DNA of 64,000 nt from Kudoa neothunni. Its lineage: Eukaryota > Animalia > Cnidaria. Shown one piece after another: positions 1-14,118 of this stretch; position 1 is the stretch's first letter; each line of letters starts with the position of its first letter. The notes below the pieces were generated by a model. That model saw nothing but the letters and a program-made list of their open reading frames with translations, was not told the DNA's origin and searched no databases. The translations under genes and the position numbers were made by a program. Location: positions 5,834,311-5,898,310 of the forward strand of contig OZ199839.1 of NCBI GenBank assembly GCA_964304625.1. The letters are read 5' to 3'.

Positions 1-900
1 ATACACGTCTGTTGTTAGTGAATTTTTTTGTTTATCACTGATGAAAATAAAGTGGGCCTCAATTGAAGAATTAGTCCAAGTAATACAACCAAAGTTTATA
101 ATAAGGATTCTACATTATGGTTTTAACGTGTTTCATGGAATATAATAGGAAAAAGTTCCTCCGCCTAAAAGTTTAATAGTCGACGTTACTCACCCATGTT
201 TTCCCACTGGATACAAAACTATATTCGATAGTAAATTAATGGAGGATGGCTGCAACTTGAAATTATTACCAATTTATTCTGCAAAAGTGACGGGGCAATA
301 CAATTCCAATGCCTGCCAACTGCTGATTCACTCTATACTTCACAATAGTAAAAGATGCAACCAAAACCAACCTTGCAACTTTTCATCTATAAAAAAATTG
401 ATTTTTGGGAATGAAATAAAACTAATTAATGTATATTGGTAAATTGAGTTGATTAATAAATTAGATAAAGATTTACAACCCATATTTCAATATCGCTGAA
501 ACGGGATCAAAGGACCTAAAATTAATTATTGAAGGAGAAATTAAATAATTATAGCTCTTCGATAATTACTAATGAAAAAATAGTATCTTAAAATTTTCGA
601 AAAAATATCAATAAATATAACATTAAATAAAATAGTAATTGTAATGAAATTTAATTTAATTTAGACAACTGGGGAAATGACGTCACGTTGTTTCCAACTA
701 AACATTATTTACAGTTTATTAAATGATAAATCACTCATTAGTGGAGATATTACAGTTTCACTCACAATAATGTAAACCCGTCGTTATTAGACATTATTAT
801 TCACTTATTTTAGACCGATATACAAAAAAACTTTTATGAAAATATATTTTTCGAACATTCCCTTTGGATCTATATTATCCGAAAATGAAATACACTAGTA
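1..900 (+). CDS. Divergent GDA1/CD39 (ecto-NTPDase)-like gene, copy 1; 3' part only, multi-exon, possibly pseudogenised
   Basis: Manual translation gives YTSVVSEFFCLSL, then after an intron VTHPCFPTGY...GCNL...VTGQYNSNACQLLIHSILHNSKRCNQNQPCNFS, then CFQLNIIYSLLNDK at about 689-730. Order and Cys spacing match the CD39 C-terminal lobe (YTHSFLCYG, DPCFHPGY, GNYQQC, C..S.C.F, YCF...Y..LL). Clearly paralogous to 12.9-13.7 kb and 16.7-17.5 kb. Confidence 0.65.
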
Positions 901-962
901 TTTTTTATGTTTATTTACTCAATTTACTCATTGTTTTATCATCTAACGAACTTGAGGTATTA

Positions 963-3054
963 CAGTAGGCAATCGATTTTTCGTACTTTTTAACTTCTTG
1001 TTTCTCGTCTGCTCCAAAAGTCTCTGTAAAGATTTAATATTAGAATATCATATTAAAAATTTAATTAAAAAAAGTTTACAAATAAAGAAAAAATGATGAA
1101 AATACGAAAAATCCATTGTTGCGGATTTTCGTAGTTTTTAGATGGCAAAAAAATAAAAAAAGCATAAAAATTAAGGAAGAATTTAAAATAATCGAATATT
1201 TTGAACACTTGCCCTAGTAGGGAGCGGAGGATGATACTGTTCGATATTTTAAACTCCTTACAACTTCAACATTGGATGACATTCTTAATAAGAGAGAAGA
1301 AATAGTGAAATCCCATGATGGTGGGATAGCTTCATCGAAAAAAATTGAAATGTAGTATCAACAAAGAGCTTGATTCTGAGAAGTTTGAGCGGATTAATTT
1401 GATGCGCTAAAAAATAGAGCTAACTTCTATTGATATGATCAATAAAATGAGAGAATTGCGCTCAAATTATTCGTGTGTGGATTCATTAATAACAGACGGT
1501 TTAAACTTTAAAAAGTTTTAATCAATATTCAATCTAAAATGGCTAAATTATCATGATCTTCGTATTGTTGACAGCGATACAATTAAAAGTGGATTCTGAT
1601 GTTATTAGATGTAATAAAGGGCTGCTCACCCGACTGTGGTTTTAAAATTGACGAAACTTTTCTATACTATCAGCGACACGAGCTAAAAATTTTGTTTGTA
1701 TTATGTTTTGCATGGTTTTAGGAGAGAGCTGTGTCACAACTAAGGAGAATGCTATAACCGAATAAAAAAAAGTAAAAAGAATAACAATCCTCTTTGATGC
1801 TTTATATATCTGATAAGAAACTCGATCCTTTGATTATTTGGAATTCTGCTAATATTGAGGTGCTCCTAAAATGTAAAAAATCTTCTACTAAAGTATGAGT
1901 GCTGCGAAAAACATGAATGACCGATTATATGTTTATAAAATATATAACCGGTTTAAATAAGTTTTTTGAATAAATTACAATAAAATTTTTTTATATTTGA
2001 CAATGCAATTTCTAATGTTCACAATCATTTAAGTCACAAAAATGGTTTTTCTTCCTCAAAATACGATAAACGTTTTGCGGCCTTTAGATCAGGGTATTAT
2101 CCACTGGTTCAAAGCGGCATATAAAAGAGAAATTATAAAAAAGTTCTACGCATTCACAAAAGCTGGCTCTCTTCCATCTTCCCCAAATTATCTGGAATCT
2201 ACATTTTTAACTAAAGAAGCGTGAGATTCTGTTAGCAATAAGATCTTATTAAATTGTTTCAAGGTAGATATTCTTCTGCTAATGATAAAGATATGAATCA
2301 TGAAATTACGCTCCATTAACTAACAGAAATTGACGAAAGGATTCTAGAGGAGCACGATAATTTTTTATGGATGAAGATTCCGTTAACTTACAGCATAACA
2401 TAGAAAAGGTAAAAGAACCACTATGAAGACGATATATCCTAAGATTTACCAATTGATGATAATTCTTAGAAGGAAGTTATAGAATCAATTCAAAAACTTT
2501 AAAGTTCCATAAAGCGTAATGCAATTGACGAATACAACTTGGTTATAAAGCTGGAAGGTACACTGTCAAACGTATAGTAAAAAAATTCGCCAAATTAAGA
2601 TAGCTGATTATTTCCGCAAATTCGATTCTTAAAGTCGTTTCTCAATATTTTTTCGTTCCTATTAGCAATTTTTCATTATTGATTATCAAAATTGATAAAA
2701 ATCGATGAGATAAGATAAATAAACCATTACTATCGTTTCTTGTGGTTGCAATAATTTAATTCGAAATCACCTAGCTCAAAACTTCCAATAGTATAAATCT
2801 TTATTTAATCATAAAGAAAATTTATACTTAAAATAAATATGACTGAAATAAATGTTGAATGTCAATTAAACTTGAAAAAAATAAATTTACTCATATGAGT
2901 AATAACATTAAACGGGTTTGTTTTTAATAATTTATGTTAAATTAAACAGAAAATGTGATGAATTTTAATGGAAAACCATTCAAATCACTCCCCAACTATC
3001 ATGATTCGTAAGATGCGCATGCTCCGAAACGTATAAAAAATCGATTGCCTACTG
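963..3054 (+). mobile_element. pogo/Tigger-type DNA transposon with decayed DDE_1 transposase
   Basis: TIR CAGTAGGCAATCGATTTTT at 963 and its reverse complement ending at 3054, with TA on both sides. Internal VFLPQNTINVLRPLDQGIIHWFKAAYKR matches the Tigger FLPPNTT..LQPLDQGII..FK motif. Many stop codons. Confidence 0.92.
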
Positions 3055-6000
3055 TATAAATCCAAAACCGACATTAATCTAATCATTTAACTATAACAAC
3101 TCGTTAGGTCGGGAAAATTTATTTATTTTACCATTTTATGATGTAAGCATTTAATAAAAATTTGGAGGAAAAAATAAAATACCTCATTAACTTAGCATAC
3201 TATAGATCCCATTTTTTGATGAATGTTATTATTAAATTTTTAATAAAATGACTGCTCCATGGTTGAAAAATTCATTAAACAAAGTTTGCGCAAAACGTTC
3301 GTTATTTCTACAATTAATCTCTCGTAACCCATGTCGACCAACATGCAACTGATGTCCTAACTTTAAATTGAGCATGGTTGTTATGCCCGCATTGTAACGT
3401 TATTTCTAATAATTAAATAAAACAAAAAATTTTTTCGGCACAGTTCATATGATTGAACAATAAACGATTTTATATTGGAGACTACCAATGTTTTTGTGTT
3501 TATAACGAGAATCGCTGTTATACTACCATAATATATGACCAATGCAATAAAGAGAAACAGTTAACGTCTACCCATATAAAATTGGTAAAATAATCAAAGA
3601 TTTATTTTCTATTTCAAACTTTAATATCTTATAAATATAATCTATCACCGTTTTTGTATAATTTAAAAAGGAAGTGATCTTTATAATTCCTATTTTCATT
3701 TCTCCTGATTATCCTAATTATTCTGATGGTAATAATGATGGGTAGTTTCCTATGATGTAGTTGGAGAGAAAAAATAATCTTGCAATGGATAGATGAAATA
3801 ATGTTTATGAAAGTACCACTATCAATATAGGGTAGAATTGAGAGGATTTTTAAAACATCCTCTACAATAAGGGGTTTCAATCAAAATAATTGTTGATCCT
3901 TTCCCCGATCCTACATCCAACTTTAAACAGTGAATCGAATATATACTAGACTGGTTTTCTACATGTTTTAATAACGGTATTGTGAAGAAATAATCAAACA
4001 CACCAATTTTTTTTAAAATTACTATATGAAATCCTTGATAGACTTAGATGATATAGAATTTAAAGCATAATTGGATGTCCTAATTTTGGGGCTTTTATAA
4101 AGACGGAGTAGAGGACTTTTCATTTGAATGGAGGAGCATCTAAACTACCTTGAGAAGATTCGGCCAATAAAGGAGACTTTCTAACTTATGTACATCCCAG
4201 CAATTAAAGAGAATTATTCACCATCACATTTTCCACATTTTCGTAATTTCAAAAAAATTATCAATTTATTACGCCAACAAAATTGAAATGAAGAAATTTT
4301 GTTATCAACGGGAACCAATAATGTAACAAAAGTGGGTGAAATCAAAATACCCTAAAATCATTCTTCATTACAATCGTAAAAATGAGGTGTCATTAATATC
4401 GATAGAATGATATCATCTTTTTTAAAATATCGATTTAAGCGACAAAAGCGAATTGTGGCATTCTTTTATATAATGGATCTTTTATTAATAAAATGTTTTG
4501 CATTACACATTATATAAAAATTTTACGTTAAAAAATACAACGTATTTTCATGACAGAAATTGCACAATCTCGATGACCAAAAATTAATGGACAGAATCAG
4601 CAAGTTAATAAATATATTAAAAAAAACTTGATTCAAAGCTATTTGAGAAAAATCGCTTATTATTTTTCTTCGGCGAAGTGATAAAATACCAATGTACGAT
4701 GCTTTAGTTGCGGAGCTATTTTCTGCCTATTTTATTCTTCTCGGCATCATATTTGTTAATAAAATATATTCTTAAACTGAAACCATTTTTGCAAAATTTT
4801 ATCGTTTTGTTCACGTGCTTATTTTGGTTATAAACTAGATTTTATTAATCCTAAAAGATTACGAAATTATATTTGAACATACCGTAGGGGTTAAAACGAG
4901 ATTAAATAGAAAACTTGAGTGTATTTCCTCTAAAATTTTTGTTCATAGAATTATTTTACAATTTCATAAGTACTTGTATTTAATTTTATAAAAAATTTGT
5001 GGTTTAAAATACCCCAAGTACGTTGGAGATTAGTTATTTTTGATTATTTCAACCTAGAAATGTTGGTTTAGTGAACGGTCATCGTTTTTTATGTACACAA
5101 GTGTTCCAATTAGTGATGAAGGTATCAGTGTAAGTGGTACCACCGATCTACCTATATTATTCTCATCCTACACGATGTATATTGGGGCTCAAAAAGAATA
5201 CAGGCCATTTTTTGGAGTACGAAGTAGCCTTAAAATAACCGTATACGTGTTGACATGTCTTGTTTTTCTCACACTTGTGCTTTTACCGATAATTATGCTA
5301 ACTGTGCTCAAGAGTTTACTGTGTTACAGGCCCAATTTTATCAATGACCTCTAAACACATTCTTCAATTTCTGTCGTCATGTTTTTTTAATTTTACTGAA
5401 AAAGCTGTATTTTTTAAGCGTGAACTGTGATTTATTTATTTTTGAATTTAAAGGTTCTCATCCGTTATTTTAAGATTTACCCCTCGTCTTGATAAAAATA
5501 ACAAAACTACCACCTTAACTGAAAACTTTATTCATTTCTACATAAAGGTTGTACACTTATTTAAAATATTATTAAACTACATCTTTAAAAGATAACGAGG
5601 CATAAAGGAAAGCGGCATATAATAGTATTATAAATGGTTGTTAAATACTTATTCGTAAAAACATTTAAAAATTTCTACCAAAATTTTAATGGAGATTAAT
5701 AGACCTGAATAATACGATTCCTTAGAAATTTTGAAGTAGGTAGAAAATATCATTGTGCAAAAACTGTCCTTCAACCCAATTTTGATATCATTGAATTTAT
5801 CCCTCTTCACCTCACCTTTATTGCTGGTTCAAAACCCTGAGCTAGAGGGATTTATTAAAAAATGGGGGGGGGGATAAAGTAATTATCAAATTTTGTTAAA
5901 ATAAATAATGAGTTTACTTTCCTTTTTCCATTCCTTCTGTATATCTATGAGATTTTTTTATTATTAAATAATTAAAAATAAATTTGATTCTCTATTGAAA

Positions 6001-7949
6001 ATTAAAAAGGTAATTGTTTTCTTACATTCTGTGTATATTTAGCACTTGTCGAATGCGATAAAATCCACCCGACAATTAATTCAAATACAGAAGGATAAAC
6101 TATATTGGTAGATTTTGAAACGAGATTGATTTCACTTTCTAGAAATCAATTAATAATTTTATGTAATATATATATTATATTTGTTAATTTGTTTCGTCTA
6201 CATTCGTCTACATTCGCCAAATCGCTTTTACTTTTTATAGTAATTTTTTACAAGTGTGAATGTTTTTGAAAATTTTTGTTTTAATATTGTCTAAAAAAAT
6301 TAATAATTAGAATTAATTCCTGTATGTATTTGTGTTTCTAATGCATTACTACAAAATAGTTAAAACGAAAAATCCGCAATATAGACATATTTCTTTATAT
6401 GAAAATAAATTAAGTTAGAATAGAATATTAAAAATTTTGTTTTGAGTTAAATATATTATTTTAATAAATATTCAATTTAAGTCATCGTGTAAAAATTTCG
6501 CACAAAAGCTCATCAAAAGGAGCAATGTCAATTTTCTTCTGAATATAGAATCTATCTACAATTTTAAATAAAAATTAATTGATAATTAATTTCTTTCAAT
6601 ATTAAAACTATGGCTAAATTACAGTATACGTGTGGATCTTCGGACGAAATTTGTGCGCGCCTCGGAAAATATTGGATATATTTTTCATTTGCTAATATAT
6701 TCGTTATATGTTTAGAGAGTGTAACTCAATTCCTCTTTTAATACTTTATTTTAAACAATTAATCAGATATATAGTCACCCAGATTTTAGGGTATCTTATT
6801 AAAGGAATTCCGGTACTTTCGCTTGAATGTTCCTCAAATATATTCTATACAAATTGTATATTTTATTACGAGAGAAACTAACCATCTTTAATGGATAAAA
6901 GTTCCAAGGGTTAATCTCTAATATTTTAAATTATTGTAACCACGCCAATCGTCCGTCGTAAGGTCGAGCCCAACTTGACATTATTTGACATAATAGTTTC
7001 GAGAATTTATCTGAGTCAAATCCTTTAAATTTTTAAGAATCGTCTCCTTCTTCACCGATTCCATCTATTACTTAATATTACTGATGCTTAAAAAGCTTTC
7101 CTACGGCGTATTTTGTATTTTCTTGTTTATAAGACAGTTTCATAATTTGTAAGATTATTTTCTTCTTTTCTAATTTCGTTGGATTCTTCGTCTAATTTTA
7201 AAGTCATCATGTTCCTAACAATAGGTTTTTAATTCTATATTGTTGAATTTGTTGATATATTCCCAAATGATGGTGCAAGGCCTTCAATAGGCCATATTTG
7301 GAGGATGGCCTTTATCGCAATAAAAATTATCCACAAAGAAAGCCTCGACATTTCAAATATTGTCTTATTTTGAATGAGATATCTTTTCCTGCAACAATGC
7401 ACTTGAATAGGTTCTCATCATTTACATCCTTCCCAACTGCTGTGTACATATTCACACCGTACCCACATGTATAAACAAATGTAGAAATCCCACATTTTGT
7501 GAAAATTTTTAGAATATATTCAGGGTAAAATTGAGAATAACCGGACTTAAACATTGAAATGGTTTTAGAATCTGCTAGTGTGAGTATTTTTGCAAAAAAT
7601 ACTCCTAATACACATTTTTTTTGTATTCTCGCAGCAATCGACGATGATAACACGTATATTCGTATTTTGGTCCAAATTCTCAAATAACTAATAAAGATAT
7701 AATAAAAATAATTGATTAATATAATTTTTTGAAGTCTATATCGGCCGCTACTAAACATTACTGTAAAACGTTTCGGTTACCAATTTATATTAACTTCAAT
7801 ATTGTTCGATAATTTAAAATAGGTCTCCTAAATCTTGCTAAAAGTTTGTCTAAACAAGATAAAATCACAGTTTCAAACATCTCAAAATTTTGGGAAATAT
7901 TTAAACCCCAAAAATATAAAGATAAAATAATTTTTACAATTGGGTAGTT

Positions 7950-8898
7950 TCAATGCGGGGAAAAAAATATAATCTAGTTTTTTTAATGATCGAAAAATCT
8001 TGTATTATTGCTAAAGGTATTTAAAGAAATGATTTTATCAGATCTCAACAATATGAGCCAGTGGTTTATTAACAAAAAACAGGAAGGTTTTTATTTTATT
8101 AAAATAATGCTCATATTGTCCTTAATCGATCGATTATTTCGAAAACATCCAGCTCCTAATTCTATCAAAAATATTGCGTGTGTGGTGCAACCAATTTATC
8201 TGGGAATAATTCATCGCATAAAAGCCAATTTGAGAAAGTATTGTGCGTAAATATTGCTATTCAGAGAGAAGGACACAAAAATATTTAAATATGCCGTATT
8301 CGATTGTTAAAATACGTTAAAATTGGTTGGGAAATTGTTACGGTTAAAAAATTAGTAATTGAGTTAATAATCCGCCTATTTTCAAACAAAAATAATTTGT
8401 TCTTTCTTCATTTTTATTGAAAAAATAGCAGGATAATACTTTAAGGTAATGTGATCATAAAATAACATTATAAAGTAATTAATGGAAAAATTTGAATATT
8501 CGTATATGTAGATAATAATGTGTAAAGATATTATTTTGTTGGAGAAAATAAAATTTTACATTGAAATTAAGATTATCAAGGTAAATCTACTTTTTTGGGT
8601 GAAGATATTGATCTCATACACAACGATGAAATTGCTACAACGTTTCAAGTATAAAATGTTATAAAAACGTATGTCATTAAGGATCCTATTAATTATTATC
8701 TGTACTTCAAGGTAAAGATGTCTTACGTGAAATTATTAATAAATTAATAAAAAATTATAATGTATATAAGTAATTTTGTAAGAAATGTTAAATTAGGAGT
8801 TATTAGGCGTGCGTTGATGACTCGATATTGCGTAATGTTTTGCTAGAGCGTTATTTTAACGCTCTAGCAAAACATTACGCAATATCGAAACTCGACTG
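7950..8898 (+). mobile_element. Degraded pogo/Tigger remnant with right TIR
   Basis: ORF 8008-8250 contains PAPNSIKNIACVVQPIYLGIIHRIKANLRK (QPLDQGII-like). The end ...AATATCGAAACTCGACTG|TA resembles the TIR CAGTCGAGATTGGATACTGCGTAAT at 31205. Left boundary uncertain. Confidence 0.6.
8822..8888. repeat. Perfect inverted repeat with 32-bp arms and a 3-nt loop
   Basis: TCGATATTGCGTAATGTTTTGCTAGAGCGTTA-TTT-TAACGCTCTAGCAAAACATTACGCAATATCGA, read directly. Confidence 0.97.
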
Positions 8899-9189
8899 TA
8901 ATTTGAAAATTCCAACACATTATAATAAGATAATGTCTATTTATTTTATTATATCATGATTGCCATATAAGTCCTTTGATAATTATCATTGTTATAGATA
9001 ATAATTTTTTGTTGTTAAGGATTTTTAAAATCACTAATAGAGAGTGCAGTAAGTTAAAAATAAATATCTATTACAAATTTCACAATAAAATATAGTGATG
9101 ATCTCACAATATATTCCTTAATTTTTCAATAACTCAGTAAACAACACTTAATCGATCCAACGTATTATTGAAAATAAACATAGTTTGTT

Positions 9190-12100
9190 ATGATGGAATG
9201 GACATTTAAGCATCTGGTCTTTTCTTGTATCACAATCTGTATTTATGTGACAGTAAGGGAACCCAAAAACGCCAACCAAGTATTTCTTATGGTGTCATCA
9301 TTAAAAATTTTTTAAACCAATACCTAAAAAGTTTGGCGTGATCGTATACAAGACTATCACATCTGCCTGGTTTATTTGTTATGAAAGGAAAAATTTGGAC
9401 AATAATCCAAAGAAATGGTTAACACCGCTCACACCTACAAACAACCATTGTAAAAGTAAGAATGTTTAATTTTGTATGTTAAACTATCTATTAAATACAT
9501 AATTTATAACATATAATACATAATAAAACTTTTTTTTATCCAAAATCCACAACCCAAACGCTCTCATCACAAAATAGGAGATATAGAAATTAAAATATTA
9601 GAATTTTTTAAAGGTTTTACTAATTTTTATCTAAATACTATATATCTAATAAAATATTTAGTTATTTATAATCGTTTCCTGACAGATACATTAAGTATAA
9701 TAATGAGACAGTTAATAAACAACGCAAGCTATATTAAATTATATAGTACAATTTAGTAATTTCATCTAAATAGATTTTGTGAAAATGAAAACATTCGAAT
9801 ATTAAGAGTAGGTATAATTTTGCTTATTAGGTTATATAGGTTATTAATTAATTGGTTTATATCAAAATAATTAGACTGATTTTACCACTCCAAAATTTAA
9901 TTCTCTTCATTAGTTAATATATATCAATCTTCTTTTTGCGTATACATTGAAATAATTTAATTTTTAACGCAAAATATTTAATAACTATTTTTATTTAATT
10001 AATTATAATATCTAAAGATGGCATTAAACCATAATATAATTAAGACAAAAGAAGTTAATTATTGAGGTAACATCATTGAATCACTAAAGAAAACTTTTCT
10101 TGTATAATAATTATTCCGAGTTTTGTATGGTGAATTCAGGATTGTAATATTTTTAAAGTATGTAAAAAATCATATATGCTTAATTAATGAGAATCTGGTC
10201 TGAATAAATATGTATTAAAACTTCCCATAAATTATATTTTTAGATTGCGCCCGCTTAAAACAAATTTTCCCATTTTCAGTCCAGCATCTAATTAAATTCA
10301 TAATTTAACCATGATGAATTAATTAGATCTAGTTTTTCAAAAGTGGAACATTATTAATCTGGAATATCATTTAAAAAATTTAAAATTACGATATGTTCAA
10401 CAAAATTCTAATGAATACTCTAATATAATTTTTTCAGTGAATACTTATGTCTAAGATAAAATTTTTGTGGAGTTACTCTTTAGAATTTTAGTCAAATTTA
10501 AGATGATAAAACATTTTTTGTGTAAATTTATTTAATTAGAATATAAATTAACCTTTTAAGTAACAATTAATCAGACCCCCTCGGAGCATAACTGGGGTCC
10601 ATTTGGAACCTTGATTTTTTTTCGCGATTTCTTTTAATAATAGTGTTTCTTATCAATATACTAAGTAACAATTTTAAGAAATATTTTGTTCGTTAATAAT
10701 TTATCGTTTTGTTCTTCCTAACGCATCCGCCTATATGCAATGTTCCTATATAAATAGGATGGCAGATTACTTTAAAATGATTGATACTGGAATACGTTAG
10801 TATCTCCACAAACACATAATGTAGATGCTGGATCTGCTAAAAGGAAAAATTTTGAGCTGTATTTTGTTGGCTTATATTTTATATATTGTATAAAAGAGCA
10901 ATTGCCTCTAGAAGAAACCAAAATGCTCATCACGACATATATTTTCCCCGTGGTTACAATTTTTGTTCATCACCTTAACCTAAATGTCCCATATTTCTCT
11001 AACTGGGGAAAATTTATCATTTAGCTATCATTCCTCCGTAGTTTCTGCTTTATTAAAGTGGAACGCTCTTGTTAGTTGCTTGAATCTGTACGAGGGAAAA
11101 AGATCTTGTATATTCCCCCTACCTTCGTCACAACTAAACATTTCAACAATAGGCTCCTGGATATCCTTATGGATAGTTATGTACAATAAAGATCCAATGA
11201 AACCATGCATTTCATCAACATAAACATCCTTCAGTTATTTCCATAATAATTCTTATCGCATTGATTGGTATATTTAATTGTTCGTTCCATTATTTCCATC
11301 GGGAAGAAATGATGAAAACATCCTGCAATACCAAAGGTCCTTCTGATTTATCAATGTGGTACATAGTCATATCTTTAAGGAAATTCATTTTATTTTCTTC
11401 CACCACCTTGATTTTCTTTGGTTCGATTGCTCTCTATAAATCGTTGTTTATGTTTACAAGCGAATCTTCTCTTCGTCGCATACGAGATTGGTATCATTCT
11501 CATCGTTGATAGTACCCTTCAAGCGCACTAGGTCGGGTGTTTATTTTTCATTAGTATCAATACTATCCTTGCTACTTTTCCCAAAGAAATCCATGCTTAC
11601 ACAATAGAAATTTACACATACGAAGGTGCGTGGTGCTAAATTATTTGTTAGATTTTGGTATGTAAAATACGGTTAAATTCAATTTTCATTTACAAATTAA
11701 TATAAATAATAATATATTATTAATATATCAAAAAAAATTCTGAAGTCAATTTGGACCCCAATTATACTGTGAAGATGTTTTTGTTTTAGAATTTGTTATG
11801 ACGCCTGAAAATTCCAGTAAATCTAATCCTCTCAAGATAAATGTGATTTACGAGAATGGAAGAGGGTTAAATTCTAATTATTACATAACGACTGGGAAAA
11901 CTGGATGATAATCTCGTTTGAGGTCCAAATGGATCCCAGTTTATTTAGAAGGCTAAACTAATATTATTATTCATCTGTATAATTAAGTATCAATGGACAA
12001 TAATTATTGTAAGAGATTAAAGATATAAAAAACAAATTATAAAATTAAATAAAGTCAGTTGTATTGAAACGTTATTTCATTGTATTATGAAATTTATAGT

Positions 12101-14118
12101 ACATATGATAAAAATATTTGATAATAATAGTCAAAATTTGTTTAAAGTCATAGACATTATTATCATTAATCATAATTGATTTTATTTTTTTAAGTACGTA
12201 AGTCAAATTTAATATAATTTTAACTAGATAAAATAGTTTAAAAAGATATTTTGTAAAACTGTTATATTTAATAGTCAGAAAATATAAAAGTATTAATTTT
12301 TATTATTAATATACCTTATTAGAGTTAAATGCTTAAAATCTGTAAGTGATGTAAACATTTCACATAAGGAAATGGTCATGTTACGTTTTTTTTTACATAA
12401 ATTAGTCGTTGAACTGGATTTATTATTGGATTATTCAAGATTACTATAACAAGAAAAAATGCCTCATCTCTGCTGTTAGTCACTGCAAATGGAATAAGAC
12501 TGAACCATACGAAATTGCGGTAAGCTTTGTCTATTCTGTGTATTTTAGACACGAGTATAATCAATGTTGCGTTGTCGTATTTAATTTTGCCATTTTTAAA
12601 GGATTATTAAAAATGGGGAATTTGAATTAATTTTGAAAAATGATTCACATTCGATACAACCTATTAAAAATGCTAAGCCGTTCCTACTTCAACAAGTGAA
12701 AATTGATGAAAAGATGAGTGCTTTGGTAGAACTCTTGAAGCATAACCACAATTTAATCCACACAGTAATTTATTCGTTCCTGTCCGAATAGTTAATAGAT
12801 TGCCGCAAGCAAGCAAACCTAAAACCATTGCTTTATTTTTCATCAATGGGTGTTTTTATGGGATTGTTCACAAGAAATCCTAATCTATATGACGACTGGG
12901 TGGTGGAAAAAATTTACTATCGAGCAGAAAATTTTTGTGGCTGCCGTCCTATAATTTTTATTGCTTGGGCGCTCATAAACTAAAACAAGCAACCTATCAT
13001 GTGTTAGCTCAAGTATAATGATTGATTATGTTATTTTTATAATTGTCTCCCAATAAAAAGGATAAAAGTCGTTCCAAAACAGCCTCCCACGGGAAAATAT
13101 TCCATCCTTGTATTATTGATGGATATTCCGACGTGTTTAGTTCGAGTATGTTAAGCAAGACATGCTTTGCAAAACCTTTACGTAGGTATCGAGTTAAGTT
13201 TGTCGGAAAATACGATTTTGAAAGTATGCGAATCATTAATTCATCGCATATTCTACGCTGATGACCTTTGTAATGAAAACAGTCACTGCAACTTTTCCAC
13301 TGTCAAAAATAAAATTTATCTTGAACAGCATTAATAATATACAGGTTGTTATATTTAAAAATTTGACAACTTAATGATTTCGTAAGATTTACAACGAATA
13401 TTTCCACGTTTTCAAAAGAGGAGAACGAAGGCTTTTCAGCTTCACTATTACAATACCTGGCTAATCATTGCCAAAGAACCAAACCAAATTCACGAATGGT
13501 ATTTAAATTTTCCTCCATTTTTTATGATGTGTTCAGCATGAGAATATTAGATTCCACAAATGTTTCCAACTAAATATTATATATGCTGCAATACGAGATA
13601 AAAAGATAATTCCTGTAAATGTTGTTATGTCCCTTGTACAAATGTAAATTAATTATATTTTTCTTTTGTATTTAAAGAATGAATTTAGTACCTCGGACAT
13701 ATTTTATTCACTTAAGGAGTATATACTCTTTGACCCTCTATATAGTTCTCTTTCGAATGGAAGGGAAAATGAAACAATGTAACTATCATTATTGAATTAG
13801 TAATGTATTATTTAACGAGTAGGACCCCAAAATCTCTCTTAGCCGGCGAAAGCCTCACCAGCCAAACCATTGAAGGTTACTCTCAAGTTTTAAAACAATG
13901 CTGATCCATTTCCTTAATTTTCGTTTCTCTAGCTAAGAGTTATATAAAACTGAGTGGAGCTAAAATAAAAATAAAGAGAACCAACTCATCTATTACACTC
14001 CCATAAAATAATAATTGTCACACTGGTTTGTTTTATTTCCATAACACTTATAGTTTCCATTTTATTTTGTTTAAAGGAAATTATTGGAATATTTCAGAGC
14101 ATGCAAAATCAACTATAG
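9190..14118 (+). pseudogene. Divergent GDA1/CD39-like gene, copy 2, split by a piggyBac element and frameshifted
   Basis: In order: hydrophobic N-terminus MMEWTFKHLVFSCITICIYVT (9190); ISYGVIIKNF (ACR1 position); HLPGLFVMKGK; CKWNKTEPYEIAVSFVYSV (ACR3 position, about 12485); KTIALFFINGCFYGIV (ACR4 position, about 12820); IFHPCIIDGY...CFAKP...KFVGKYD; CFQLNIIYAAIRDK (13561); C-terminal TM IIIVTLVCFISITLIVSILFCLK; stop at 14116-14118. Confidence 0.65.
10576..11953 (-). mobile_element. piggyBac element, internally deleted and decayed
   Basis: Minus-strand translation HGFIGSLL...RFKQLTRAFHFN...DKFSPVREIWDI...DEHFG...IQYIKYKPTKYS matches PGBD transposase motifs. Inverted termini share ACTGGGGTCCATTTGGA (about 10591) and TCCAAATGGATCCCAGT (about 11924). 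Confidence 0.8.

Noticed and set aside
3400-5400. Coding-like, slightly GC-richer stretches (ORFs 3629-3880 and 5091-5354)
   Set aside because: Many stops in all frames and no recognisable family; cannot be supported as genes.
7327-7758. 143-aa minus-strand ORF next to a CAGT-type end at 7763; downstream HPPNMAY.RP faintly recalls mariner HPPYSPDLAP
   Set aside because: No matching second TIR or convincing motif set; probably TE debris but unassignable.
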